From Lytechinus pictus (taxonomy: Eukaryota): 64,000 bases of DNA. Below, piece after piece: positions 46,785 to 58,596 of this stretch. Each line of letters opens with the position of its first letter. Position 1 is the stretch's first letter. The stretch is from assembly GCF_037042905.1 (NCBI RefSeq), contig NC_087245.1, positions 12,092,001 to 12,156,000 on the forward strand. Reading direction: 5' to 3'. Under the pieces are notes generated by a model. That model saw nothing but the letters and a program-made list of their open reading frames with translations. It did no database searches and was not told the DNA's origin. Both the position numbers and the translations under genes were made by a program.

Positions 46785-49700
46785 TCATGCAATGCTCCCC
46801 TGGAATGATGTTTCTTTGGATGGTTGTCCGGAAGTTGGTTGTTCTAGAGATGAGTAAATTGTCTTGCCCTTGGCCCATTCCTGCTCCAAGCCAGAACCGA
46901 ACAACTGGAAGAAGATGGCACCGAAAAGGCTAAGTCCTGCCGTTAGGTAAAAGACTGTCCTCCATCCTTCTGGATCACTCTGAAAAGAAAAATTACTCGT
47001 TTTCTAAGTTTCCATCCCTTCACAGATTTTTATCGAAATATTTCTTGTAAGGGTTTTTGTGCATTCCGCACCATGTAACCCGAGAACATCTCTTTCCTAC
47101 CGATTTTCTCTCCATGCAATCATGATTAAATACCCCCATCTACTTTATTTCCCCTCTCTTAATCCCCACTTGTTCTTATGTCTTCATTATCTCACGACCC
47201 CCCCCCCCCCCACCTCATTCTCTCCTCTTCATGCACATTATCCACCAATCTCTCTCTCTCTCCTTTTCTTCTTCTTACCATTAATCTAAAGATTAAAGCA
47301 TCCTGCTTTGATAAAAGATTGTTTGCGGTAGACAATCACTGTTTTATATATCTTCTGCTCAGTCTTTTGTTCATCTTCACTATACCATCTCATAAAACAG
47401 TAATTGTGTATCGCCAAAAAAAAAGTTTATCAAAGCAGAATGCTTTACATTTTAAATTAATGGTCTCACTGAAGTGCAAAGGGTTTTTCTGCCTAAAGAA
47501 TATAACAGCCCCCAATTTTTTCGGGGGAGGGGGGGGGGGGGGTTAGTTCCTAGTTGTAATCCTTTAAGTTTTACTTATACGCGGTCAGACCCGCCCCCAA
47601 AAGGGAGTTATGTTTTCTTTGAAAAAATGCAAAGCCTCCCCCCCAAAAAAAAAAAATTGGACGGGATGCTTATTTTAAGAGTGTTTAAGTTCCTACTGAT
47701 CATGGCCTTTAAACCTCTTAATTATTACGTTGTCAGTATTTAAAGACCTCCCTAGGCCCCAGCCTCGCCCCCCCCCCAAAAAAAACCCAACAACATAGAA
47801 ATATCACAGGAGGTGATTAATACCCCGCCTTATGGCGTTAACACCGTAATGCAGTTTTGAAGACATTTAGAAACGTCTTAGAAAAAAAATAAGGGGGAAG
47901 TAATGTGATCCACAAGGAGTGTTCCTGCATTTCTGGCTACAGTATGTGGTTACCATGGCAACATAATTTATGAAAAACACACAAAAAATGTCTTGCACAT
48001 TGTCACCTCAAGACCAATGTGAGTGCCAAATTTCTTGAGAATTGGTTAAAAACAGGGGGAGTAGTTCTAACTGCAAGATTTTTGCCTAATAATGTTACCA
48101 TGGTAACACAATTTCCAACACATGCGAAAATGTGTTTTGCACATCTTTACCCCAAGACCAATGTGTACACACACCCAAGACCCCCTCCTCCAGCCTGTTG
48201 AAGCATCTACATTCAGATATTTTGGTGCATTGGGATTTCAGGACAAACGGAATATCTGTTCAAAAGGATCTGGGTCTAAAGAGTAAGCAAATGTAAAATT
48301 ATGGAGTTTGGCACAGGCACTTGTCTAAAAAAATTATATCAGACCACTTTATATTCGTGAATTCTGGCATTTTTACCAATTTTTTCACTGTTCTTGCAGT
48401 CAGATTCTTTGGAGCATACCCCATTTCTAATTCTTATACATATTTAGACAAATGTCTGGAGAAAAAACTCAAGCTTTTGTCCATCGTGTCCACATCTGCA
48501 CTATTTTTTACGCTAACAGACCAGACTAAAAACACTTACCTGGTCCTCTGTCATCAGCCCAACAATGACGGGTCCGACGAAACCCGTGCTTACAGAGAAA
48601 GCATTCCCAATGCCAAACAGTGTGCCAGCGAACCTTGGCGCCAAGTCCTGGGCGTTGACGAAGATTCCGGCAAAGGAGATACCGACTCCACCCATCGCCG
48701 TGGTCATCAAAGCGACAGAACCGAAGTGGCTACATCCAATGTGTGATGCAGCTAGGAGGGATCCCGATGATATAACGGCACCTATGTAAAACAAACCAGA
48801 TTCAAGGGGAAATTTATAGGTGGATACGAGAGAGAGAAGATGGAAGGGGATGGTGTGAGAAGGTCCCCAGACCAATTTATATTTGGCAAATCAATGGATG
48901 ATTCTATTAATCGATTGTGACGTGACAAAGGGCCATTCAGCAGGCTATGTGGTAGTCTAGATCTGGACGTAAGTACCGTAGTTATTTGTATGGAAACCCT
49001 ACACTCACGCACACACCACTACATCAGTCCTCTCTCTTCCCATCTTCTACTACTTCTCCTAATAGTAGGAGAAGGTGAAAAGAGAGAGAGAGAGGACTGA
49101 TGTAGGGTTTTCTAAACAAATTAACTACTAACGTCCAGATATATACTAGCTTTATAGTGGGAGAGATGTAGCCTACATTATATTTCATTTGCTCGCATGC
49201 GCGAAGTGGTTCAACTATTAGGCCCCATTCATACTGGATGAAGTTCTCGCTACGCTGTTAAAGTCCAGCAAAAAAAAACCACACACACACACCCTCACAC
49301 AATCCGTAGGACGTTGCGTCAACTTCGCGGATAAAAAAAGTTAAATCGTGCATGCTTCGTGACTGTCCATGTCACGTCCTGCAAAGTTCAAGATGTTTTG
49401 GGTGTTGGCGCCCTTGCAGAGCCTGTCTCCAGAATGTTTCTTTATCCACTGGCCGGACTTTCATCGACACAACAGTATAAGTTTGGAATACCTAGCCAGA
49501 TAACGCACTCAGAGTCTTCTTCCATTGATATGCGAAAATACTCATTACAAACTGAATCACTCTGGTGCCATAATGAGCGCCGATCCCATGCTCAAGACCA
49601 ATGTTCCGTTGGATGTTTTTATTTTACGTCAAGTTATTGTTGTGTTAGAAAGGTGACACGCTAATAAGCCTGTGAAAAAAATTACCTATATTTACAACAA

Positions 49701-52700
49701 GTTTCCTGGTCTGGGTAACTCCAAGATATTTTCGTTTAACCAGCATATCGGATAAGGAAGAAAATACCATCATCATAACACAGTGTGCAACAAATGGAAT
49801 GGGTAGTAGAAATCCGATCTGGTATAAAGGAAAGAATATGACATGGTAAAAATATGACAATCATCACGCTAATGACATTCTGTTAAGATTTCAAAAGCGA
49901 ATTACCAGAGCAGCTCGTACTAGTATCTGGCTTTTTAATATCAAGATAAAGGGCATAGGTATCTTCTGTTAACTTTTTCTCATCAAAATTATGATTATAT
50001 GAGAGGAGAACATCAAATGTATCATTCATGACAAACGATGCCTAGTGTGCAATTAGCATCAATGGGAGTTTGGACTAAGTCAATTAGCTCGGGAGACAGC
50101 AGTCACTGCCCTCTTTTAGGAAATACACTGACATTCTCTAATAAATAATAAGATCCGACGGTCTCTGACAGTATAAAATCAGACGATTTGAAACTATCGG
50201 TTTCAGATCAATATTCCCTTCGCTACTTAAAGGGAAATTATCTTCAATATTTTACATTACCAAGGAGAAAGAAAACGAATCATGAAAGCAACGAATATTC
50301 TTTCTCTGCGTAAAAAGTAGTTAAGTAGGTAAATAAAAAAATCCTCGCAAAAATTGCCAGACAAATCACTCTGTAAAACATACACAAGTTGGTGTGTTTT
50401 TCAGCCTGAAAGCCGATTTTTTTTTTTAAATCTACACATATTTTCGACATTCATGAGCAGGGATATTGTTATCATTATGCTATATTAAATTGAAATTAGG
50501 CTCTTATGAAATAATGTTTCTGATGATAACAGTCAAACTGCCTGCATTATAAGAATCAACATCTATTTTCAAAGATGATTGCATTTTAGAAACCCTTGCA
50601 CACGTTGGAACAATTTGTTTGTAAAAAAATCCATATAACAAGAGAAATAGAAGTTTGATAACTACGAAGCTTTAAAGTGCCATTGACTTGAAAAGATTGC
50701 GAGATCTCTAAAAGTCGACATAATAGCGTTATTATGTCAACATGGCGAGATAACGTATCTAACAATGTTGATATAGAACATTTTGTGTCGACTGGCGAAA
50801 TAACGTATCTAGCCATGTTGACATAAAACTTTTTGTGTCGAGTGGCGAGGTAACGCATTTCGCCATACCGTTTCTCGCCATGTAGACATAATAGCGTTAT
50901 TATGTCGAACTGGCAAAATAATTCATCTCGCCATCTCTACAAGTCGACGTCACTTTCAAACTTCTGTAAAGAACCAGATGGGAGAAGGAATAAGAAAGTT
51001 ATTAAGTTATGACCATTTAAAAATGGAGAACGCTATGTCATGAGAGCATCGTATTGGGTTGCCAAGATGTGTGAAGCTACACATTGCAACAAAACTTCCC
51101 CATTATTTTTGTACATATAGATCGGCTATTCTTTTCATAGGAAAATATGTAATAACGGTTGCAGAAAAGATATCCTGGATGGGGGAGTTACTTATCACCA
51201 TCCTAGTCGCATTGTCATTGGAATGATCTCATGGCACATTAGTTTCTTAAATAAATAAATTTCTTAAACGTGTTTCCTTTAAGTATCAGACTTTTATTAA
51301 TCTTTTTATTGATTTCCCAAAGCTAATTTCCATCTACCTCTGCGACATCCAATCCTTGAACATGTTTCATATATAGTGGAAGATCAGTGAGTAGAATGAA
51401 GACAACAAATCCTGCTATGGTTACCATAGTAACAAACCAAGCAATCGCGGGCATCGACGTCATCATAGAACAAAATGGTGTGGCCTCCTTTACCTGAAAT
51501 TACGAGACAAAAAGAAAATTTATTGAAGATTAATTAATACAAATCATTAAAGAAAATCATTCGTGACTTCGTATTAGACATTATATTTGGTACCATTCGA
51601 AACCAAATGAGCAGGTACAATTATATTAACAATGTATATCCTGCTAATGTTCTCGACACGACCGTAGGATACACAATGGCTGCATCGCGTGTGTAGGCCT
51701 ATACAGTAGTACTCAAAAGTTAGTGAACACGACCAGAAAATGAAAAAATTCAAGTGTATAATTTCTGCCATGTTTAAGATATCCAATTGTGAAGTCACGT
51801 TATAAATTATTACATTCAATAATTATTTCTCTGGGCTCGCCGAACATTGTAGTGGTGTTGTCTATATTCGACACTCGGCATGAAGGAGTGCATTTTGTGG
51901 TGGGGTTCACTAACTTATGGGCGCAACCGTATTTACTATTTACAAAACCATAGATACAACAAACCCTTCTTTGCCTAACATGTCATGAAAAACAGTAACA
52001 ATGCGGTAGCGTTACAAACACAGATGGTGGTACAATAATGCGTTGGTTATCTTTTATGTCTCGAAGAAGTTGTCCAACACGATTGTGAAGTCCCAGTTAC
52101 ATAATTATATGTAGGCAAACCATACACGATTTGATTTTCAAAATTTACTAAGAATTAAGATTTATATGAAGAAAAAATAAACATACCTTGGAAACAGATC
52201 TACGAGACCGGTTATTCTCTATCTTTTTTCTTTCTTCGTCCGATATGAACGGATGGTCCCCGGGTTCTTCATATACCAACAATGCCCAGAGTAGTACCCA
52301 GACTAAACAAGAACAACCTGAGAAGATGGACATGGAAAATGATTAGTATCGAAGAACTGGTGGACATCCTGTACATTGCAGGCTTATATATGGTAAAATG
52401 CCACTGAATCCACGCATGCTTTGCCTACTCATTTCGTCTCATCCCACATCGGTCTAATCCTTGCTCGTGTAAAACTATAGCTAACCTACTATACCTATTC
52501 GGTCTGCCATTTAGCCCATTTATAAATTTTGTATAATTTCCAATTAAGTCACACCATTTCGCTTGATATCAAATAGGTCTAGCAGTCATGGCGGTCGCAG
52601 CAAAAAGAAAATGCTAGAAGTGAAGAAGTGAGCGAGCCTAAAACCAAATTTTTTAAATAACAAAGTCAAATCGGCCAAAATATGATCCCTAATAGAAATT

Positions 52701-54731
52701 ATATAAATTTATCATTGTATAGAAAATGTTGGGGCATTATGGTTTGATATAAAAGAGGTTCATGCACACGTGGTCCAAGTAGATGGTCTAATCTTTCTCA
52801 AATCGTTTTACCATGCACCTTATAAGCCAAATTGGTCTAATCACTATCACTTGGTCTAAATAATACTCACTCAATCTAATTGTCATTCATTTAAAATGCT
52901 CAGATGGCCTTATTTCCACTTTGCACTGAAATGAAATTTCGGTTCATAAAAAGTTCAGTTAATCATTTAGACTTAACTTTCAAGTGATAAAATGAAGAAA
53001 AAGAAGAGGAAGAAAAACATAAGCGCTGACAAGAGATGTATCATCGTGGGAATATATAATAGTCTTATATCATCTAAATGCCCTCTTGCCCTCCCTCCTA
53101 TCAAAATATTCTGTGGCCGCCCCTACCCTGAATGCATGTAACATTCTCTTCTTACCAAATATGTAGAAGGTAGCTTCCCAACCGACGAAGGAACAGACCA
53201 TTCCTGAGAAAAACTGACCAACAGCAGATCCAAAGGAAGATCCTTCATAAATAATGAAAAATAATAATCATTATTACCGCGAGGTAAAGTAAAGTAAAAC
53301 TTAACTATTTCCATTGATCAAATTCATTTCATTTCATAAGATCCATAAAAGCGACTGTATAAATTAATGAGAGCTAACAAGCCATTTTGAATGATAATAT
53401 CTAGGGAAACACGAAGCTATACCCTTTCAGTAGAAAATAAAATGATAACGGAGCGTACTTTTGATTGAAAAGGTGACAAGATTAATATGGAATATACGAT
53501 TGAATTATTGATAGCAAGTAATCAAAATATAATTAAATCCAAGCTGTCGTCATTCACAATTACTTGGAACATTACATTGATGACTTAAACCTGTAAGGAG
53601 CTTAATTTTCGGTTCAAAAGTGATATATATTGCACATTCAATGAGTTCAAGAAGTACTGACAAATTAATGTTTTAAGGTTTCAATGAATCCACGGTGGAA
53701 ATGTATAATTTCAAAATATGTAATATTAATATATATTTAAATAAAAATGATTTTTATACCTCCCACTATTAATGACGTCATCCTTGTTTTCTCCTTCTCA
53801 GGAGCCCATTTTGTTGTCAATGTGTTCGATGATGGAAAAGTGACGGCCTTGAGAGATTGAAGAAAATGAAACTTATCTTTAAACCCCCCATTATCAGTTA
53901 CATAACCTTTTCAAAACTATCTTCAAAAGAAACTCCACAGCACACGTCTCATCGAGTGCCGTTTCTGACCAATGAAGCATTTCCAACAAAGAATTATACA
54001 TGTAGGACTATGTTTATCAATGGCACATCTTGTGTTATAACACGTACACATTCATTATGTACTATGTGATAATAACTGACTCTGCCATGACGGAATATCA
54101 GGGGGAAAAACACAATGCGTAATGTTGTAACTACGCCGTGATTTGACCATAATACACAAACAACGTTATCACACTTTTTGCAAAGCTTCAGACAGGGTTT
54201 AACCATATCTTAACTAGATACTTTTATACTAAGTTTCACTTTTTTTTTTTTTTTTTTTTTTGGGGGGGGGGGGGTATTTATTGTTTTATAAGTTCCTTAT
54301 TTTATCAAGAAGTTTTTTTCTTCTTGTTATTCATGTAATGGATGTTATAACAGAATGTGTTCCAGAACTTGAATTCATCAAATGGCTCAGGATGCAAAGT
54401 TACTGCCATGTTACATAGAAATAACAGTATTTTTTTTTTGGGGGGGGGGGGCAGAAGTGATAAGAAAAGATACTGATTTGAATGGGTGATTCTTTACCTC
54501 AGCCATACCAGATACAACCCTGGTCACAAAGAAAAGCGGTAGACTGGTCCGTATGATTATTGGTGCAGCGATATTCATAATAGCAGAGATAGTCACACCG
54601 CCTGCAAAAAGCCATTTCCCGCCAAAACTGTCAGCGAGCCACCCAACCGGTCCATTCATGACAGCATAACCAATGTAGAAAGAGGCAAGAAGAAGGCCTT
54701 GTGTGTTACTGCTCCATTCAAATTCGGTTTG
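46785..54731 (-). CDS. SLC17 / sialin-like anion transporter (MFS). Exons 54731-54498, 53847-53760, 53242-53156, 52317-52187, 51493-51338, 49818-49686, 48781-48540, 46979-46785; N-terminal exon uncertain
   Basis: Eight GT-AG exons join in frame (1266 nt). SLC17 motifs: FEWSSNTQGLLLASFYIGY, GWLADSFGGK, RVVSGMAEAVTFP, KWAPEKEKTRM, GWEATFYIFG, PGDHPFISDEE, LLTDLPLYM, DLAPRFAGTLFGIGN, WRTVFY, FGSGLEQEWAK. Confidence 0.88.
50227..51282. mobile_element. Degenerate TTAA-flanked element with a nested internally repetitive insertion (about 50690-50950)
   Basis: TTAA AGGGAAA ... TTTCCT TTAA ends. Inner GTCGACATAATAGCGTTATTATGTC / GGCGAGATAACG repeats. Confidence 0.45.
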
Positions 54732-54990
54732 CTGCAGAGTATAATAGAGAAAGAGGGGAAGATGGAGAGAGAGGGGATAGAGAGAGAGATTGGTTATTTC
54801 TAAAATAGTCATTTTCAGGCGCCCGCCAATCAAAGGAGTTCGGACATGACTAGGAAGTGTTGGGGAAGCAATTGTGTAATTTCTGGGCACAATTGCATAA
54901 AAAAAATACTATCGTAATTAACTTTGCCATCCAAAGGTGTGTTTTGTGTTTCCGTTGGTACCATACTATGCCTTGAGGTTGGTACCTTAC

Positions 54991-55068
54991 CATGGTAACA
55001 ATGCTAAGCAGAATGAAGGATTTCAAGGTAGTTACCACTGAATGGCAAAGTTCATATACTAGTAACAT
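54991..55068 (-). CDS. Candidate first coding exon of the SLC17 gene (MLLVYELCHSVVTTLKSFILLSIVTM, or only the terminal ATG)
   Basis: Strong phase-0 donor accATG|GTAAGG at 54990, compatible with the acceptor at 54732. LKSFILLSIVTM loosely aligns with the end of sialin TM1 (LRVNLSVALVDM). Confidence 0.4.
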
Positions 55069-55271
55069 TCATTCATGCAACGGCATTCTCTCCGGAAATT
55101 CTTGGTTTCCCCCAGCATGCACACTCCATTCACGGTACACGAGTTATTCATGTGAATGAAAGGTCAATAGTACACTGGTTCCCGTCGGCCTTTGATGTGA
55201 TTTCACATCTGCCTATTGGTGAGGATTCGTTCTTGCCCAAGCTTCTGGAAACAAACCTTTTGCTTTAAATC

Positions 55272-55476
55272 ATGGAAAAGACAAAAATGAAGTATACTCT
55301 GAGTGATCCAGACTACTACACAGAGATGTACCAGGTCTATGCAAAGAAAAGCAACAAGTATTCACACTTGCTAGAATGGACAGAGAACATATTTCCCAAA
55401 ATGGTGTTGCAGAAATTGAGAGAGCGCTTCTCAGCAGAAACACATATTAATGTGCTTGGAATCGGGACCGGATCGG
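55272..55476 (+). CDS. Histamine N-methyltransferase-like (class I SAM methyltransferase), first coding exon only
   Basis: MKYTLSDPDYYTEMYQVYAKKS...HINVLGIGTGSG resembles the HNMT N-terminus up to SAM motif I (human IKILSIGGGAG). It ends at a G|GTAAGT donor. No downstream exon was recognised in the window. Confidence 0.75.
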
Positions 55477-55712
55477 GTAAGTATTATACCATTTGGAAGG
55501 GTCCATGGTATTAAGCTACTTGTAGTCTTGTCCCTTGTACCACTGTAATAGTGTACTGGATGTTCATGTACTCTACTATCAGCAGGAGCTACAATGGATC
55601 TACCATGTTAGCTCCTTCCTTTTGAGGGTGACCTCCATGTTTATTTGCTAAATATGACCTTTTGACGTATAAGGCCAAGATCGTTAGCTAATAAATTGAA
55701 AACTGTTTTCAA

Positions 55713-56310
55713 TTAAAGGAAAATCCAGCCTTGGCCATGTTGTGTTGGGAAGGAGAAAAATAAATTAAACGGAATGGTGAAAGTTTGAAAGAAATCGGAC
55801 AAGCAATAAGAAAGTTATAGCTGCTTTGAAATTGAGATCACTAATACTATGTAGATTTCAAATTGGCAACTGGGTAAGTAAATTATGACAAGGGGCAAGG
55901 ACAACTTTCTCATAGGCCATGTACTTTATTGTCAGGGATTTGTGGTTTTCTCCTAAGTACCCATTCCCCTGGGGCAGTAATCTAAAAATAATCCTGGTAG
56001 TATATTGTTTTATGTCCTCATTAGAGAAAAATATAATTTGAAATAAAACTTTGGGGAAAAATGACATTTTAGCCATAATATGTATTGGAGTACGTAGGAG
56101 AGTAGTCCTTGCCTTACATCACTATGACATCCCATATGGGGCAAATTTGAAGTCTCCATGGGTATAGTGATTACCAATATTTACAACTTTTAAAAATTAA
56201 TAACTTTCTTGTTGTTTGTCCAATATTGTTCAAAGTTTCACCTATCAACTTGTCTGATTTTTCTTTTCCTTATAAAAACAAGTTTTTATTTGGGTTGGAT
56301 TCCCCTTTAA
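55713..56310. mobile_element. TTAA-flanked element (Kolobok-like)
   Basis: TTAA AGGAAAATCCAGCC ... GGGTTGGATTCCCCT TTAA. Confidence 0.7.
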
Positions 56311-57603
56311 ACCCATTTTACACAGGTTTTCGTGCATGGTGCATGCAACTGATCTGATGAGATGGGGTCGCGGTGCGATTTTCTAAATCGAAGTCTGTGC
56401 ATGTGTGCAAGTGATTGTTTTTTTGTGTGTAAGCATGGACCTATAATACTACTACGGTGTAAGTGAATGAGAGAGAGAGAGAGAGGGGGAGAGAGGGGGC
56501 GAGAATGTTGCTGCGTTGCGTGCATGTGGAATATGAATCGCAATGCGGCTCTGGCGCCTCATCTAGTACATTATCTGTTTCAAAGAGGTTGTGCAAACCA
56601 AAGAAAGGAAAGTGTATTTCTCCAGGGCATCCAATACGGAATTCGGAGCCTCACCCTTGAAATGGGAGGGTTTTTTTAGTCTTTGTTCTGCGATGTTTCA
56701 TTTATTTTTTTTCTTGTATGTTTGATTTTGTATCGTGCAATAATTATTGTAAATATTAATTGTGATTTTCTTGATTTTTCAATAAAATAGAAATATACAA
56801 AAAGTATTACGCCGGGGTATTACGCTACTTTGATACTATACAGACCTGTGAAATGACCATATAGGTTATACAAGCATAACAGTAGAAAAGTATATAACAA
56901 TGATAATATAATATTCACAAGATAGCGGTATAATGATAACAAATTATTGGAACGAATAATTGCATGATAATACAATATAGGCTAGACAATTATTGTAACA
57001 CTCGCCATTTGTTATGTATTTTGCCATATAAGATTTCTAATGTTTTTATTTTCAGCTTACATCCTCAGTGCAATCTCAACAAATCTTACACACCTTCACA
57101 CACTAGGCCATATTCTCCACACCCTCTCATCCCACCTGACACATCCTCACACACGCACTCATACCCTCACACACTACATCTTCCCACGTTACACACCCTC
57201 ACACACTACCTCATCCCAAGGAGTTCATATACTCAACACCCTCTCATCCCACAGAACATACCCTCACACATATCCTGAACATTTCATCCTATCTCATCCA
57301 CCCTCAAACACGGATTCATAATACTCAACACACCCTCATCCCACATTACAAACCCTCACACGCAGATTCATATCCTCAACCCACTCCCAAGAAAGTGGTG
57401 TATTCAAAACCGCTGAAGCTAGACCAATGAAACTTTCACAGAAGTTATTAAATGAAATGAGCTTTCTATAGTTATGTACATTTAATTGAAAATAATACTA
57501 AGTTTTGGACTTTTGGACCTAATTCAGCCGTATGTCAGAGAGACATTTTTTTTTGGGGGGGACGCGCTGTGTGGCGAGTGTACTGTAGGACTCTGATTAG
57601 CTC

Positions 57604-57787
57604 TGGGGCCCGTTTCATAAAGCTGTTCGTAAGTTAAGAGCGACTTTAAGAACGACTGGTGATCCTTTCTTGTGGTAAATGACGTTCACCATTATTTGTT
57701 GGTGATTATTTAGCGCGTAAGAAAGGATCACCAGTCGTTCTTAAAGTCGCTCTTAACTTACGAACAGCTTTATGAAACACCCACCTG
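57604..57787. mobile_element. Palindromic MITE
   Basis: About 60-bp perfect inverted arms GTTTCATAAAGCTGTTCGTAAGTTAAGAGCGACTTTAAGAACGACTGGTGATCCTTTCTT. Confidence 0.8.
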
Positions 57788-58596
57788 GAGTATTTTAAAG
57801 AATGTTTGATTATTATTTAGTTACTTGATTTGACTTCTGAACGTAGTATGTGAATATTTCTTTGGATTATTATCATGCTTCAAGTATTTCTGCAGACTTG
57901 TTGTGACCTAGATATGTCGCTAACTTGTTTAACCCAGTAATGTTAGAACATTTAGGCTATATTGTTAGCATGGTTAAGGTATGCTGAAGATTAATGGCCC
58001 CTGTGATGATTTGCCTGCTTTTAATTTGGGATTTGGAAGTACATCATGCGCTGTGCAAATTATCGATCTAAATCGAGCACAAACTCATCATGGAAAAGGA
58101 AATGCATCATGATCACCGAAAGAATACTTGAGAACTCCAAACACATGTAACGTCATCTGGAAATTAAACAATTCTTCAGATATCATGGATTGAGCTAAAT
58201 CCTAGGCCAAATACTGATACAAATGACAAAAGAGTTCGGAAATGGCAAGTGAAGTGACACGGAATGAGTCAATTCCTACTCTACATTTCCCAAGCAAATC
58301 TAAGAAATTTTCACTTCAATAGACACAATCCTGGTGTGGTGAAAGTGGCGTAACCACACCCCCAATCGGCTGGCAAAAAAAAACCGAGGGAAAAGGAGAG
58401 AAAAAAAGATAAACGTAGGGGGAAGGGAGAAGAAATTATTATGTATTATATCATATATTATGTTATATTACATGTATTATATTATATATATTTATATTAT
58501 ATTATATTACATAAATATTTTTTCATAACTAGGCCCATATGAAACATAATTTCCCTAGGGTCTATGTGTTCATTACTCCTGGTGCTCGCATTGTCT

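Noticed and set aside
47935..48165. RFX X-box motifs (GTTACCATGGCAAC, GTTACCATGGTAAC) as a ciliary enhancer
   Set aside because: They lie in a two-unit tandem repeat that looks TE-derived, inside an intron, with no independent evidence of function.
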